From an uncultured archaeon (lineage in GTDB: Archaea > Nanohalarchaeota > Nanosalinia > Nanosalinales > Nanosalinaceae): 64,000 nt of DNA. Below, piece after piece: positions 40,909 to 49,569 of this stretch. The translations under genes were made by a program, and so were the position numbers. Where the stretch lies: the NCBI GenBank assembly GCA_964421955.1, contig CAYQYU010000003.1, forward strand, positions 12,377 to 76,376, given 5' to 3'. The notes under the pieces are model-generated. The model was not told the DNA's origin, did not search any database, and worked only from the letters and a program-made list of their open reading frames with translations. Position 1 is the stretch's first letter. Each line of letters begins with the position of its first letter.

Positions 40909-42462
40909 ATGAGCTTCTTCAATCAACTCCTGACCCTTACCCAGGGCGGCGATGCCCTTGCAAGAGTCATACTTACACTCCTGATACTTCTATCAGGCCA
41001 CCTGGGTGTCAAACTGCTCGGGATTCTGGTAAGAAGGTTCTGGGTGGAGAAAGGGGACCTAAACAAGAAGCAGGTCGAGGAGCGGAACGATACTATACGA
41101 CACCTGGGCTACGTACTTGACGCGGTAGTAATCGTCGCGGCACTGCTCTACCTCAACACAAACCTTACTTCAGCGTTCTCCACAGGGCTCGCAGAGTTTG
41201 TGCCCGACATGCTTTCTGCGATCCTTATCGGTCTGCTTGGCTTCATAGTGGTCAACGTAACGATAAAGGTGGGTGCTGACTTCCTGAGAACCATCGGGAT
41301 CAGGAATTACTTCAGGGAGGTGGGTCTATCGGGGAGCGCTATCAACTTTGCATCCGTGCTTCTGAGAGGATTCCTGTACCTGCTAATCGCCCAGATCGCT
41401 CTCACCGAACTTGGGATAGGCGAGACATTCATCGACAAACTCGTGACTGCCTCTTCCTGGGCCGCGGCATTCCTTATAGCCGCTCTGCTGTTCTACGGCT
41501 TCAAGGATCTTTTCCAGAACTTCGCCGCAGGTATATACCTGAAGAACTCGCAGCAGGTGAGGCCCGGCGAACAGGTCAACCTTGAACAGGGAAAAGGCGA
41601 GATCCGTGAGGTATCACTTTTCTCGACGACTATAGATACTGAAACAGGCTATACTCTTCTCACTCCAAATGCGAGAGTTATGGACTCGGAGATAAAGTTC
41701 AAGAGGACCAAGAGCGATATTGACACTCTGGAGGACATAAAGAGCTACTTCGTCGCTCAGCACCCTTCCTACTGCGGGCCGGCCTCCATGGAAATGGCGC
41801 TCGAAATATTCGGATACAGGCACAGCCAGGAAGAGATAGGTGAAAAAGCAGAAACCACCGAGGAAGAAGGAACCGACCGTGACAAGCTGATGGAAGCAGT
41901 GGAAGAAATGACGGAGGAAGAGGTCAGCACCGCGTACGTGGAGTACGACAAGATCACTGATATAGCGGACGAGTTCAAGACCTGGTTCAACGACGGAGCA
42001 ATGATAGTTCCAAACTTCTACAAGCCAGAGCTCTTCCCAGACGCAACAACAGGACACTATGTACTGTCTGTGGGTGTCGAGGGGGACGAGATACTGGTCA
42101 TAGATCCCAGCGGCCACACCGGAAGCGGCGGAGTCTACTACGTCAACAAGGACAGGCTCTACGATGCGATGGCAGAGTTCGATCATTCACGCGGATACAT
42201 AATAGTCGCGCCGGAGGGAACTACGGCGCACTGGAGGATCAAGAACGACCTGATCTATAGCGACAGGACCTATTATGATGAGCTCTCGAAGACCCTGGAA
42301 GCACGGCTTAGAAAGATAATGAGACAGGGGGGACTCCTGAAAAATGCAATGCCTTCATCTATAAAAGACTACATGGAGGACTGGAGGACTGGAGAACGGG
42401 TTACCCGGCTCTGGAAGGCCACGGAGGGGAAAGATGAAACTTCTGAAGATAACAAGGAATGA
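40909..42462 (+). CDS. MscS-family channel fused to a C-terminal C39-like cysteine peptidase
   Basis: TMs plus FKDLFQNFAAG...GEIREVSLFST; then QHPSYCGPAS, GHYV, VIDP (Q-C-H-D). Confidence 0.85.
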   Translation: MSFFNQLLTLTQGGDALARVILTLLILLSGHLGVKLLGILVRRFWVEKGDLNKKQVEERNDTIRHLGYVLDAVVIVAALLYLNTNLTSAFSTGLAEFVPDMLSAILIGLLGFIVVNVTIKVGADFLRTIGIRNYFREVGLSGSAINFASVLLRGFLYLLIAQIALTELGIGETFIDKLVTASSWAAAFLIAALLFYGFKDLFQNFAAGIYLKNSQQVRPGEQVNLEQGKGEIREVSLFSTTIDTETGYTLLTPNARVMDSEIKFKRTKSDIDTLEDIKSYFVAQHPSYCGPASMEMALEIFGYRHSQEEIGEKAETTEEEGTDRDKLMEAVEEMTEEEVSTAYVEYDKITDIADEFKTWFNDGAMIVPNFYKPELFPDATTGHYVLSVGVEGDEILVIDPSGHTGSGGVYYVNKDRLYDAMAEFDHSRGYIIVAPEGTTAHWRIKNDLIYSDRTYYDELSKTLEARLRKIMRQGGLLKNAMPSSIKDYMEDWRTGERVTRLWKATEGKDETSEDNKE

Positions 42463-43243
42463 CTTTGAAGAGTTCGACCCACTGTTTGAAGAGGTCGAAA
42501 CGGTCAACGTTGAACAGGTCGCGCCGTCGGTCATAGACGGTGAGACAGATGTAAAGATCAATGGCGGCTCGATATCGGATTACGACGCAGTCTTCACGGA
42601 TATACCCCAGAAAAACGCCGTCTTCGGACGCGTCCTGCTCGAAATGATAGAGGAGGAGGGTATCCGCACCAACCATCCCTCGACCGCATTCTTCATCATG
42701 TCGAAGAAGAACTATTTGCACCATGTACTCCACCAGAAAGACATCGACGCTTCCGCAACAGTTGTGGTTGCATCGGATAAAGCCGGCCGGAACATCGAAG
42801 ACCATCTCGAGACGCCGCTGATCGCGAGAAAATTCGACCAGCTTGTGGAAGTTGAAAGCCGGCTGATCGAGGACGAGGACACAATAGAGGAATTTGTCGG
42901 CGGCACCGAGTATCCCGACGAGTTCATAGTGTTCCAGGAGCTCGAGGATGGCGACAAGTACAGGTGCCTCTACGCCGGAGGCGAAATCATATCCCTGATG
43001 GACAGCAGCGACAGCTGGCAGCTCCAGGATGAAAAACTGAAGTACTCGTCCCTTTCACAGGAGCAGAAAAAAACCGTGGAGAAAGCCGCAAAGAACATTG
43101 GAACACCCGTAGCCGAGGTAGTCCTGCGCGGCGGGAAAGTCTTCGACGTGAACCCTAACCCCGATCTGGGCCAGTACACTGAAGTATCCGGCAAAAACGC
43201 CTACGAGGCCGTTGCACAGGTCCTGAAAGGTGATATAGGTTGA
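42434..43243 (+). CDS. RimK-like ATP-grasp protein (degenerate)
   Basis: ATP-grasp layout, FQE, DVNPNP; lacks the Gly-rich loop. Confidence 0.75.
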   Translation: MKLLKITRNDFEEFDPLFEEVETVNVEQVAPSVIDGETDVKINGGSISDYDAVFTDIPQKNAVFGRVLLEMIEEEGIRTNHPSTAFFIMSKKNYLHHVLHQKDIDASATVVVASDKAGRNIEDHLETPLIARKFDQLVEVESRLIEDEDTIEEFVGGTEYPDEFIVFQELEDGDKYRCLYAGGEIISLMDSSDSWQLQDEKLKYSSLSQEQKKTVEKAAKNIGTPVAEVVLRGGKVFDVNPNPDLGQYTEVSGKNAYEAVAQVLKGDIG

Positions 43244-43296
43244 AGCTTTCCGCAGGAAAGACTTCTGGCAAAAATCAGCCGGAGGCGGATTTTTAA
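43240..43296 (+). repeat. Hairpin/mini-ORF connector element (TTG start; MKLSAGKTSGKNQPEADF)
   Basis: CTTTCC/GGAAAG hairpin, then AAAAATC..GGAGGC..GATTTTT; overlaps the stop and start of both flanking genes. Confidence 0.7.
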
Positions 43297-44183
43297 TGAA
43301 AATGGCGATAGTGTACGGCGACATATCGACCACCCACCAGCTCATAATTGAAAGAGCGGAAGAGATTTTCGAGTCCGTGCTCGCAGCACCTGTTGACGGC
43401 CTGAAGTTTGCACATATTGACGGCGAGAACAAGGTAATCTACAAGGATACCGATCTGACCGAGTTCGACGCGGTCTACATAAGGACCGGGGACAAGGACA
43501 AGCTGTTCTCCGAGCACCTTACAGAGGTCCTGAATGAAGCCGGGGCAGTCACGCAGGCGGAGAACGACACCTATGCTTACGAGTCCAACAAGTTCTACTC
43601 GATGAAGGTACTGGCGGAAAACGGGGTCAAGGTTCCCGACAGCGTCTACACTCTTTCTCCTGACGCGGCAGTTGAGGCCGCGGAAAAGCTCGGCTACCCG
43701 ATCATCATGAAAACTATCGGCGGGGGAGGCGGCCAGGGAGTAATGCGCGCGACCTCGGAAAACGAGCTGAAACCAGTTATGGATACCATGAAGGCCTTCG
43801 AACAGGACATCTGCCTCCAGGAGTACAAAGAGCACGACGGCACTGACAACCGCATAATAGTCATCGGCGATCAACTGGTCGGCTACCAGCGCTCCAGCGC
43901 AGGGGACGAATGGAGGTCAAACATATCAGGCGGCGGAGACAGGAGAAAGGCAGAGATTACGGAAGAGATCGAAGAGTCCGCAACAAGATCCGCGAAAGCA
44001 CTCGGATTCGATATCTGCGGCTGTGACATAATAGACATCGAGGACGGAGTTTACGTACTGGAGGTTAACGGAGCCTTCGGCCTTAACGAGGGAATAAATG
44101 ATGTAGTCGGCGAGGACATAATTCTGCGTGTCGTCGAGGGAATGCACGAACTGGCAATTCAGCACCAGGAAGAGAAAAAATGA
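43296..44183 (+). CDS. RimK/LysX-family alpha-L-glutamate ligase
   Basis: NKFYS, YPIIMK..GGGGQGV, LQEY, DNRIIV, WRSNISGGG, GCD, LEVN. Confidence 0.92.
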   Translation: MKMAIVYGDISTTHQLIIERAEEIFESVLAAPVDGLKFAHIDGENKVIYKDTDLTEFDAVYIRTGDKDKLFSEHLTEVLNEAGAVTQAENDTYAYESNKFYSMKVLAENGVKVPDSVYTLSPDAAVEAAEKLGYPIIMKTIGGGGGQGVMRATSENELKPVMDTMKAFEQDICLQEYKEHDGTDNRIIVIGDQLVGYQRSSAGDEWRSNISGGGDRRKAEITEEIEESATRSAKALGFDICGCDIIDIEDGVYVLEVNGAFGLNEGINDVVGEDIILRVVEGMHELAIQHQEEKK

Positions 44184-45232
44184 GAACCGGAGTCGAACTG
44201 GAGTACTGGGTTACAGACGGGAACGGAAAGCTACGCTCCGCCGAAAAGATCGCCTCGCGACTGGATTTCGCCGAAAGAGAATTTGTCGAACCGGTACTTG
44301 AAATAAAAACGGAGCCACGAGAAACAGTTTCTGGGTTGAGGAACGAGATCAAGAGGAAGCTCAAGAATGCCATAGAGGAGGCGGAAAGCCTCGATCTGAA
44401 CATTGTCGGTCTGGGGACACCACTTCACTCGGGAGAGATCAAAACAGATGAATCGGCGAGATCAAGACTACAGGAGAAAATTGTGGGTGAACGGCTCAAC
44501 TACGCCAAACACGTTGCGGGCACACACTTCCACTTTGAACAGACCGATCCCGTGAAACAGATCAATCTCCTGACCGCGCTCGACCCCTCGCTCTCGCTTG
44601 TCAGCTCCTCACCCTACTACCGGGGCAAGAGAGTGGCAGACAATGCGAGAAACCAGATATACCGCTACAGGTGCTACGAGAAACTCTCAAAACACGGCCA
44701 GCTCTGGAACTATACCTCGAGCAGGGAAGAATGGGAGAACCGTATCGAGACGAGATTCAACGAGTTCAAGGATTTTGCGCAGGAAAAAGGGATAGATGGA
44801 TCAAAGATAGAAGAGCACTTCCGCCCGGAGGACAGCATATGGATTCCCGTCAGGCTCAGGGAAAAGTTCGGAACAGTTGAATGGAGATCTCCTGATTCCG
44901 CTCTTCCCGGCCGGATAATCGAGTTGCTCGAAAAAATCAGGCATCTAGTTGAAAAAACTGGAGACAGCAGACTTGAGACAGGGAAACCCGGGATAGAACC
45001 GGGAAGAATAGTGGTGCCGGAGTTCACGGAACTTGACCGGCTCTCAAGAAACGCGATATATGATGGGCAGGAAAACGGTGAAGTCCGGAGATATCTCGAG
45101 GAACTAGGGTTTGAAAAACAGGATTCAGTCTCCAGGGAAATTGATGCCGGGGCCAGCATAGATCGTGAGACCGCTAAAAAAATAAGACTGAAATACAGCA
45201 AAAAGCTCAAGCAGGACGTCAAAAAGCTCTAG
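44180..45232 (+). CDS. Glutamate-cysteine ligase family 2 (GCS2) carboxylate-amine ligase
   Basis: TGVELEY, LEIKT, GTHFH, SSPYYRG, W.PVR...GTVEWR.PD. Confidence 0.88.
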   Translation: MRTGVELEYWVTDGNGKLRSAEKIASRLDFAEREFVEPVLEIKTEPRETVSGLRNEIKRKLKNAIEEAESLDLNIVGLGTPLHSGEIKTDESARSRLQEKIVGERLNYAKHVAGTHFHFEQTDPVKQINLLTALDPSLSLVSSSPYYRGKRVADNARNQIYRYRCYEKLSKHGQLWNYTSSREEWENRIETRFNEFKDFAQEKGIDGSKIEEHFRPEDSIWIPVRLREKFGTVEWRSPDSALPGRIIELLEKIRHLVEKTGDSRLETGKPGIEPGRIVVPEFTELDRLSRNAIYDGQENGEVRRYLEELGFEKQDSVSREIDAGASIDRETAKKIRLKYSKKLKQDVKKL

Positions 45233-45236
45233 AAAA

Positions 45237-45614
45237 ATGAAGAAGATAATCCTTGACACCAACTTCCTGGTGGCGCCCTTCCAGCTAAATCTCTCAGTTT
45301 TCGATGAACTCGAAAGACTCTACCCGCACGCGGAGACATACACCCTGGAAGACGTGATCCAGGAGGCGAAGAGCATAGAGTCCGGCAAGTACAAGGCTCT
45401 TGTCCACAAACTGGTTGAAACACAGGACATGGAGGTTCTCGAAACAGAAGGAAGCGGAAGCGTCGACGACCTGCTCGTCGATCTCGCGGACGAGTACGTG
45501 ATCGCCACCAACGACAGGGAGCTGAAGCAGAGGCTGCTCGAAAAAGATGCGGAAGTCGTGATTATCCGGAGCAAGAACCATCTCGAGGCGCTTAACCGGC
45601 AGGAACTTCGATAG
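45237..45614 (+). CDS. PIN-domain protein (Fcf1/Utp24-like)
   Basis: ILDTNFL, VDD, IATNDRELK; usual position before rpoE. Confidence 0.9.
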   Translation: MKKIILDTNFLVAPFQLNLSVFDELERLYPHAETYTLEDVIQEAKSIESGKYKALVHKLVETQDMEVLETEGSGSVDDLLVDLADEYVIATNDRELKQRLLEKDAEVVIIRSKNHLEALNRQELR

Positions 45615-45672
45615 GAAACACCATTTAAAACTTGCGTCGAATCTGCTTACTGTTCTGAGGTAAAAAGAATAT

Positions 45673-46233
45673 ATGTACAAGAGGCTTACAGTCCAGGACT
45701 CGGTAAGAGTACCGCCAGAGCACCTGGGAGATGACCTTGAGGAAAGCGTAAGAGCCGGACTTAGAGAAGAAGTTGAAGGAAGAATTCTATCGGAAGTAGG
45801 AGTCGTGATAGGAGTCGAAGATGTGAACTCTGTCGAGGGCGGAGATATCAGGCCTGAAGACGCAGGGGTCCACTACGAGGTCGAATACCAGGCCATCGTT
45901 TTCGAACCCGAACTGCACGAAGTGGTGCACGGCGAGGTGGTCGACATCACTGGCTTCGGCGCATTCGTTAGAATCGGGCCTTTCGACGGTCTATGCCACG
46001 TATCCCAGGTTATGGACGACTACGTCAACCACGACGAGGAAAACGACATGCTTGTATCTGACGAGAACGACTTCTCACTACAGGTCGGCGATGTACTGAC
46101 CGCAAGGATAATAGCAGTCTCGCTCGAGAACCAGGAGAGCAACAAGATCAACCTCACGATGAGACAGCCAGGTCTCGGAAAGGACGAATGGATCGAGGCG
46201 CACGAGGAAGAACAGGAAGAGGAGGAAGAGTAA
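45673..46233 (+). CDS. rpoE1: RNA polymerase subunit Rpo7 (E')
   Basis: VRVPP, FGAFVRIGPFDGLCHVSQ, TMRQPGLGK. Confidence 0.97.
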   Translation: MYKRLTVQDSVRVPPEHLGDDLEESVRAGLREEVEGRILSEVGVVIGVEDVNSVEGGDIRPEDAGVHYEVEYQAIVFEPELHEVVHGEVVDITGFGAFVRIGPFDGLCHVSQVMDDYVNHDEENDMLVSDENDFSLQVGDVLTARIIAVSLENQESNKINLTMRQPGLGKDEWIEAHEEEQEEEEE

Positions 46234-46319
46234 ATGAATTCTAAAACCCGAAATATAATGGACGCCGGAGCGCTAGCGTAGAGCGTTCCCGCGTGATCGA
46301 TACTTCGCGTGAAAGTTCG

Positions 46320-46508
46320 ATGGCAGAGCGAGCGTGCAGGAACTGTAACAGAATCGTGGAAGACTCGGATGAATGCCCGGTATGCAAGAACAACGACCTT
46401 TCTAACTCCTGGAGCGGACTAGTGGTCATCTACAATCCAGAAGACTCGGATATTGCAGAAAAACTTGGAATACAGACACCGGGTCGCTACGCGATCAGGG
46501 TCAAATAA
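46320..46508 (+). CDS. spt4: Transcription elongation factor Spt4 (RpoE'')
   Basis: ACRNC...CPVC, WSGLV, PGRYAIRV. Confidence 0.95.
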   Translation: MAERACRNCNRIVEDSDECPVCKNNDLSNSWSGLVVIYNPEDSDIAEKLGIQTPGRYAIRVK

Positions 46509-46538
46509 AAGTCTTGCCCGGAGTTGTAAAGAATACAA

Positions 46539-46997
46539 ATGGATGTCAAAATTAGCTCGGTAAAGGAAAACCCGCTGCTAGGAAGACGGGAGGTAGAGGC
46601 AAGTATCGACCACGAAGGAGAGAAAACTCCTAGCGAGGAAGATATTGTGTCAAGAATCGCGGCCGAGAACAATCTCGACGAAGAGAACATCCAGGTTGAC
46701 GGAATCTACACTGGCTTCGGCTCACAGCATTCCAGGGCGGTACTCAAAGTTTTCGAGGACTTTGAATACGACGAGGAGCTTGAAGAGGAAACGATCGAAG
46801 AGGAAGAGACTGGAAGCGGAAAAGCAACCTCAGGAGAATCAAGCGATATCGACTACGAAGAGATCGTTTCCAGCACTATTACCGATGCGAAGGACGCGCT
46901 CGGGGAACTCGATGATCCGGACTACGAGAAGGCGCTTGAAGCCGAGGAAGCAAACAAGGACAGAAAAACCTTCAAAGAATGGCTCGAAGCGCAATAA
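46539..46997 (+). CDS. rps24e: 30S ribosomal protein S24e with an extra C-terminal domain
   Basis: ENPLLGRRE, TPS, TGFG; acidic linker and extra helical domain. Confidence 0.92.
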   Translation: MDVKISSVKENPLLGRREVEASIDHEGEKTPSEEDIVSRIAAENNLDEENIQVDGIYTGFGSQHSRAVLKVFEDFEYDEELEEETIEEEETGSGKATSGESSDIDYEEIVSSTITDAKDALGELDDPDYEKALEAEEANKDRKTFKEWLEAQ

Positions 46998-47034
46998 AGG
47001 TTAAAAATTAGGAGAGACAGAGGTGAATTATTGA

Positions 47035-47235
47035 ATGGCGATTTTAAGGGCTGAAGAAATACGCGAAATGGATACAGGAGAGCTGAAGGAGAAACTCACC
47101 GATCTACAGAAGGAGCTTGTTGAAGAGCGGGGCCAGATCGAAGTTGGAGGCTTCGCGGACAATCCAGGACGAATTGGAGAGATGAAAAAAACTATAGCGA
47201 AGATAAAGACTGTTCTCAACGAACGTTCTGAATAA
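47035..47235 (+). CDS. rpl29: 50S ribosomal protein L29
   Basis: MAILRAEEIREM, NPGRIGEMKKTIAKIKT. Confidence 0.95.
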   Translation: MAILRAEEIREMDTGELKEKLTDLQKELVEERGQIEVGGFADNPGRIGEMKKTIAKIKTVLNERSE

Positions 47236-47291
47236 TGACTGAAATTCAAAGAATTTCTGGCTTGCAAAAGATCACCAGAGGTGATCTTTGA
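47235..47291 (+). repeat. Hairpin/mini-ORF connector element (MTEIQRISGLQKITRGDL)
   Basis: GAAATTC/GAATTTC and AAAGATCACC/GGTGATCTTT; TAATG at the start, TGA-ATG at the end. Confidence 0.75.
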
Positions 47292-47603
47292 ATGGCAGAT
47301 ACATGTCCCAAGTGCGGAATGCCCGAAGACCTTTGCGTCTGTGATTCTATAGCCAAGGGCGAGCAGAAGATCAGCGTCAAACTCGACACCAGGAGCTTCG
47401 GAAAGGAGATGACCGTTGTCGAAGGCCTTGACGACGGAGAGGTCGATCTCGAAGATTTAGCGTCCACGCTCAAGTCAAAACTTGCCTGTGGAGGCACCGC
47501 GAAGAACGGTCAGATCCAGCTACAGGGAGACCACACCCGGCGCATAACAGAGGTTCTCGTGGAAGAAGGCTTCGAGGAATCCCAGATCGAAGTCAACGCA
47601 TAG
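47292..47603 (+). CDS. Translation initiation factor aIF1 (SUI1/YciH)
   Basis: CPKCGMP..LCVC, LKSKLACGGT, LQGDH. Confidence 0.95.
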   Translation: MADTCPKCGMPEDLCVCDSIAKGEQKISVKLDTRSFGKEMTVVEGLDDGEVDLEDLASTLKSKLACGGTAKNGQIQLQGDHTRRITEVLVEEGFEESQIEVNA

Positions 47604-47643
47604 GCACCAAATAGAAAAGAATCAGACATCCAAAAGTTTTCTA

Positions 47644-48696
47644 ATGTCAGAAGATTTCATCCTGCCTCCAAAATTAGAGAAAGGAGACAAAATAGCAGTT
47701 ATTGGAACCTCAAGCGGAGTACAAGAGTTCCCGAAAGTTCTTGAGATAGGAGTGAAGAGACTGGAAAACCGCTTCGGACTAAATCCCGTTGTTTATGATA
47801 CAGCAAGGAAAAATACGGAGTATTTGAACAGTCACCCCGAGGAGAGAGCCGAAGAATTCATGCATGCCTTTGAAGACCCGGAAACAAAGGCAGTTATAGC
47901 CTTGACTGGAGGGGATGAACAGCTCAGAACACTGAAACACCTTGAGCCGGAAAGACTGAAGGATAATCCGACGAGGTTCTACGGCATCAGCGACAACACC
48001 AACATCCATATATACCTCTGGAGTCTCGGAATACAGAGCTTCTACGGCGGTCAAATACTTGACGATTTACTGGCTGAAGGAGAACTCGGAGAGTATAACT
48101 ACAAATATCTAGAGAAAGCCTTCTTTGAGGATAGTCTTGGAGAACTCAAGCCCTCTGAAAAGTTCACTGACGAATTCTTTGATCTGTTCCAAGAAGAAAT
48201 TGAGGATGACAGAAAACGTTTCGACTCCCCAAACTGGGAGTTCTGGAACTTCGATGAAGAGGTTGAAGGCAGAGTTTTCGGAGGATGCTTCGAGATAATT
48301 AACTGGCAGATGGTAGTTCAGAGATACTTACCTGAACCCAAAAAACTTGAAGACACAGTATTGGCGCTGGAAACTTCTGAGGAAGCGCCTTCAGGAACAG
48401 AGGTCAAGAGATGGCTCACATGTCTTGGAGAAAACGGGATTCTCGATAAATTCGCCGCAATAATTGTAGGAAGACCCCCGAGATCACCTCTTCACGGCGA
48501 TAATAGGGGTGAAGAGGAGAAAAGAGAGTATCACAGAAACCAGAAGAAGATTATCAAGCAAGAAGTCGAAAGATACTGCCCAGACACTCCTATAGTCTTC
48601 GACATGGATTTCGGCCATACACACCCTAAAATACCTCTAAAATCAGGGGGAAAAATCAGGATAGAGCCTGAAAACAGAGAGATAACCTCTCTCTGA
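47644..48696 (+). CDS. S66 peptidase (LD-carboxypeptidase/MccF family)
   Basis: PPKLEKGDKIA, GISDNT, LETSEE, DFGHT.P (S-E-H triad). Confidence 0.92.
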   Translation: MSEDFILPPKLEKGDKIAVIGTSSGVQEFPKVLEIGVKRLENRFGLNPVVYDTARKNTEYLNSHPEERAEEFMHAFEDPETKAVIALTGGDEQLRTLKHLEPERLKDNPTRFYGISDNTNIHIYLWSLGIQSFYGGQILDDLLAEGELGEYNYKYLEKAFFEDSLGELKPSEKFTDEFFDLFQEEIEDDRKRFDSPNWEFWNFDEEVEGRVFGGCFEIINWQMVVQRYLPEPKKLEDTVLALETSEEAPSGTEVKRWLTCLGENGILDKFAAIIVGRPPRSPLHGDNRGEEEKREYHRNQKKIIKQEVERYCPDTPIVFDMDFGHTHPKIPLKSGGKIRIEPENREITSL

Positions 48697-48719
48697 AAAC
48701 AAAAGTATGAAGAAACGTC

Positions 48720-49004
48720 ATGCCAATAACACCGGAAAACCTGCCGCGCCACGAACTCATCGGCCTTGAAGCAGAAGTCCTTGAGTCGACAGACGAGAAC
48801 CAGATCGGGATTTCCGGAGAGGTGCTAGACGAGACCCAGAATATGCTCCGGATCGAGGACAGGAAGGTTGAGAAGGAGAACTGTGTCTTCCGCTTCACGC
48901 TGCCCGATGGAGAAAAAGTAAAAATTGACGGCAAGCTGCTTGCGAAGCGGCCAGAGGATCGCGTCGGAATGAAATTGCCCGGCAAATGGGAGTACGTCGA
49001 CTGA
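48720..49004 (+). CDS. rnp1: RNase P protein subunit Rpp29
   Basis: HELIGL, GEVLDET.N, IDG..L..RPEDR. Confidence 0.93.
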   Translation: MPITPENLPRHELIGLEAEVLESTDENQIGISGEVLDETQNMLRIEDRKVEKENCVFRFTLPDGEKVKIDGKLLAKRPEDRVGMKLPGKWEYVD

Positions 49005-49072
49005 GTTTCAGTTTACTACAGGAAAACTGACAGCGATACACTTCCCTTTTAAAGGTTACCTTCACTTGTGAA

Positions 49073-49186
49073 GGATACGAGCCAACTCCGTCTGGAGTCG
49101 GATGATAACCCGATGCTCATTGTCTGAGTATCTGGTTTGACTACGATACTCTGGAGCGGCGCGTAACCTTGAAAACCTACGTGTCC
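49073..49186 (+). ncRNA. Candidate structured non-coding RNA
   Basis: TTTTAAA box about 20-26 nt upstream; terminal stem GGATACG/CGTGTCC; several internal hairpins; no ORF. Confidence 0.4.
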
Positions 49187-49252
49187 GTCTTTAGAGCTTA
49201 TCTGACCAACTGCAGGTGGTTTAAAAAGGTTGGTTTCGAGGATTGATTCACG

Positions 49253-49567
49253 ATGTCACTTGGACTCGATATTGAAACACCCGCAGAAGAATGCGAGGAC
49301 AAGAACTGTCCCTTCCACGGAAACGTCTCTGTGAGAGGCAGTTCTTTCACCGGAGAGGTAGAGTCCACGAAAATGGATAAATCCGCCACAGTCAGGTGGG
49401 AGTACTCGGAAAAGATTCCGAAGTACGAGAGATACGAGCGAAGGAACACCAAGATCTCTGTCCACGTACCTGGGTGTCTCGATGTTGAAGAGGGAGACTC
49501 TGTCCGGGTGGTCGAAACCCGTCCGATCTCGAAGACCAAAAGCGCAGTAATCGTGGAGGTTCAATAG
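49253..49567 (+). CDS. rps17: 30S ribosomal protein S17
   Basis: CEDKNCPFHG, KYERYE, ETRPISKTK. Confidence 0.96.
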   Translation: MSLGLDIETPAEECEDKNCPFHGNVSVRGSSFTGEVESTKMDKSATVRWEYSEKIPKYERYERRNTKISVHVPGCLDVEEGDSVRVVETRPISKTKSAVIVEVQ

Positions 49568-49569
49568 AT

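Noticed and set aside
49073-49186. 5S rRNA, RNase P RNA or hammerhead ribozyme
   Set aside because: Lacks the CCGAAC loop, GAGGAAAGTCC and CTGANGA cores; kept only as an unknown ncRNA candidate.
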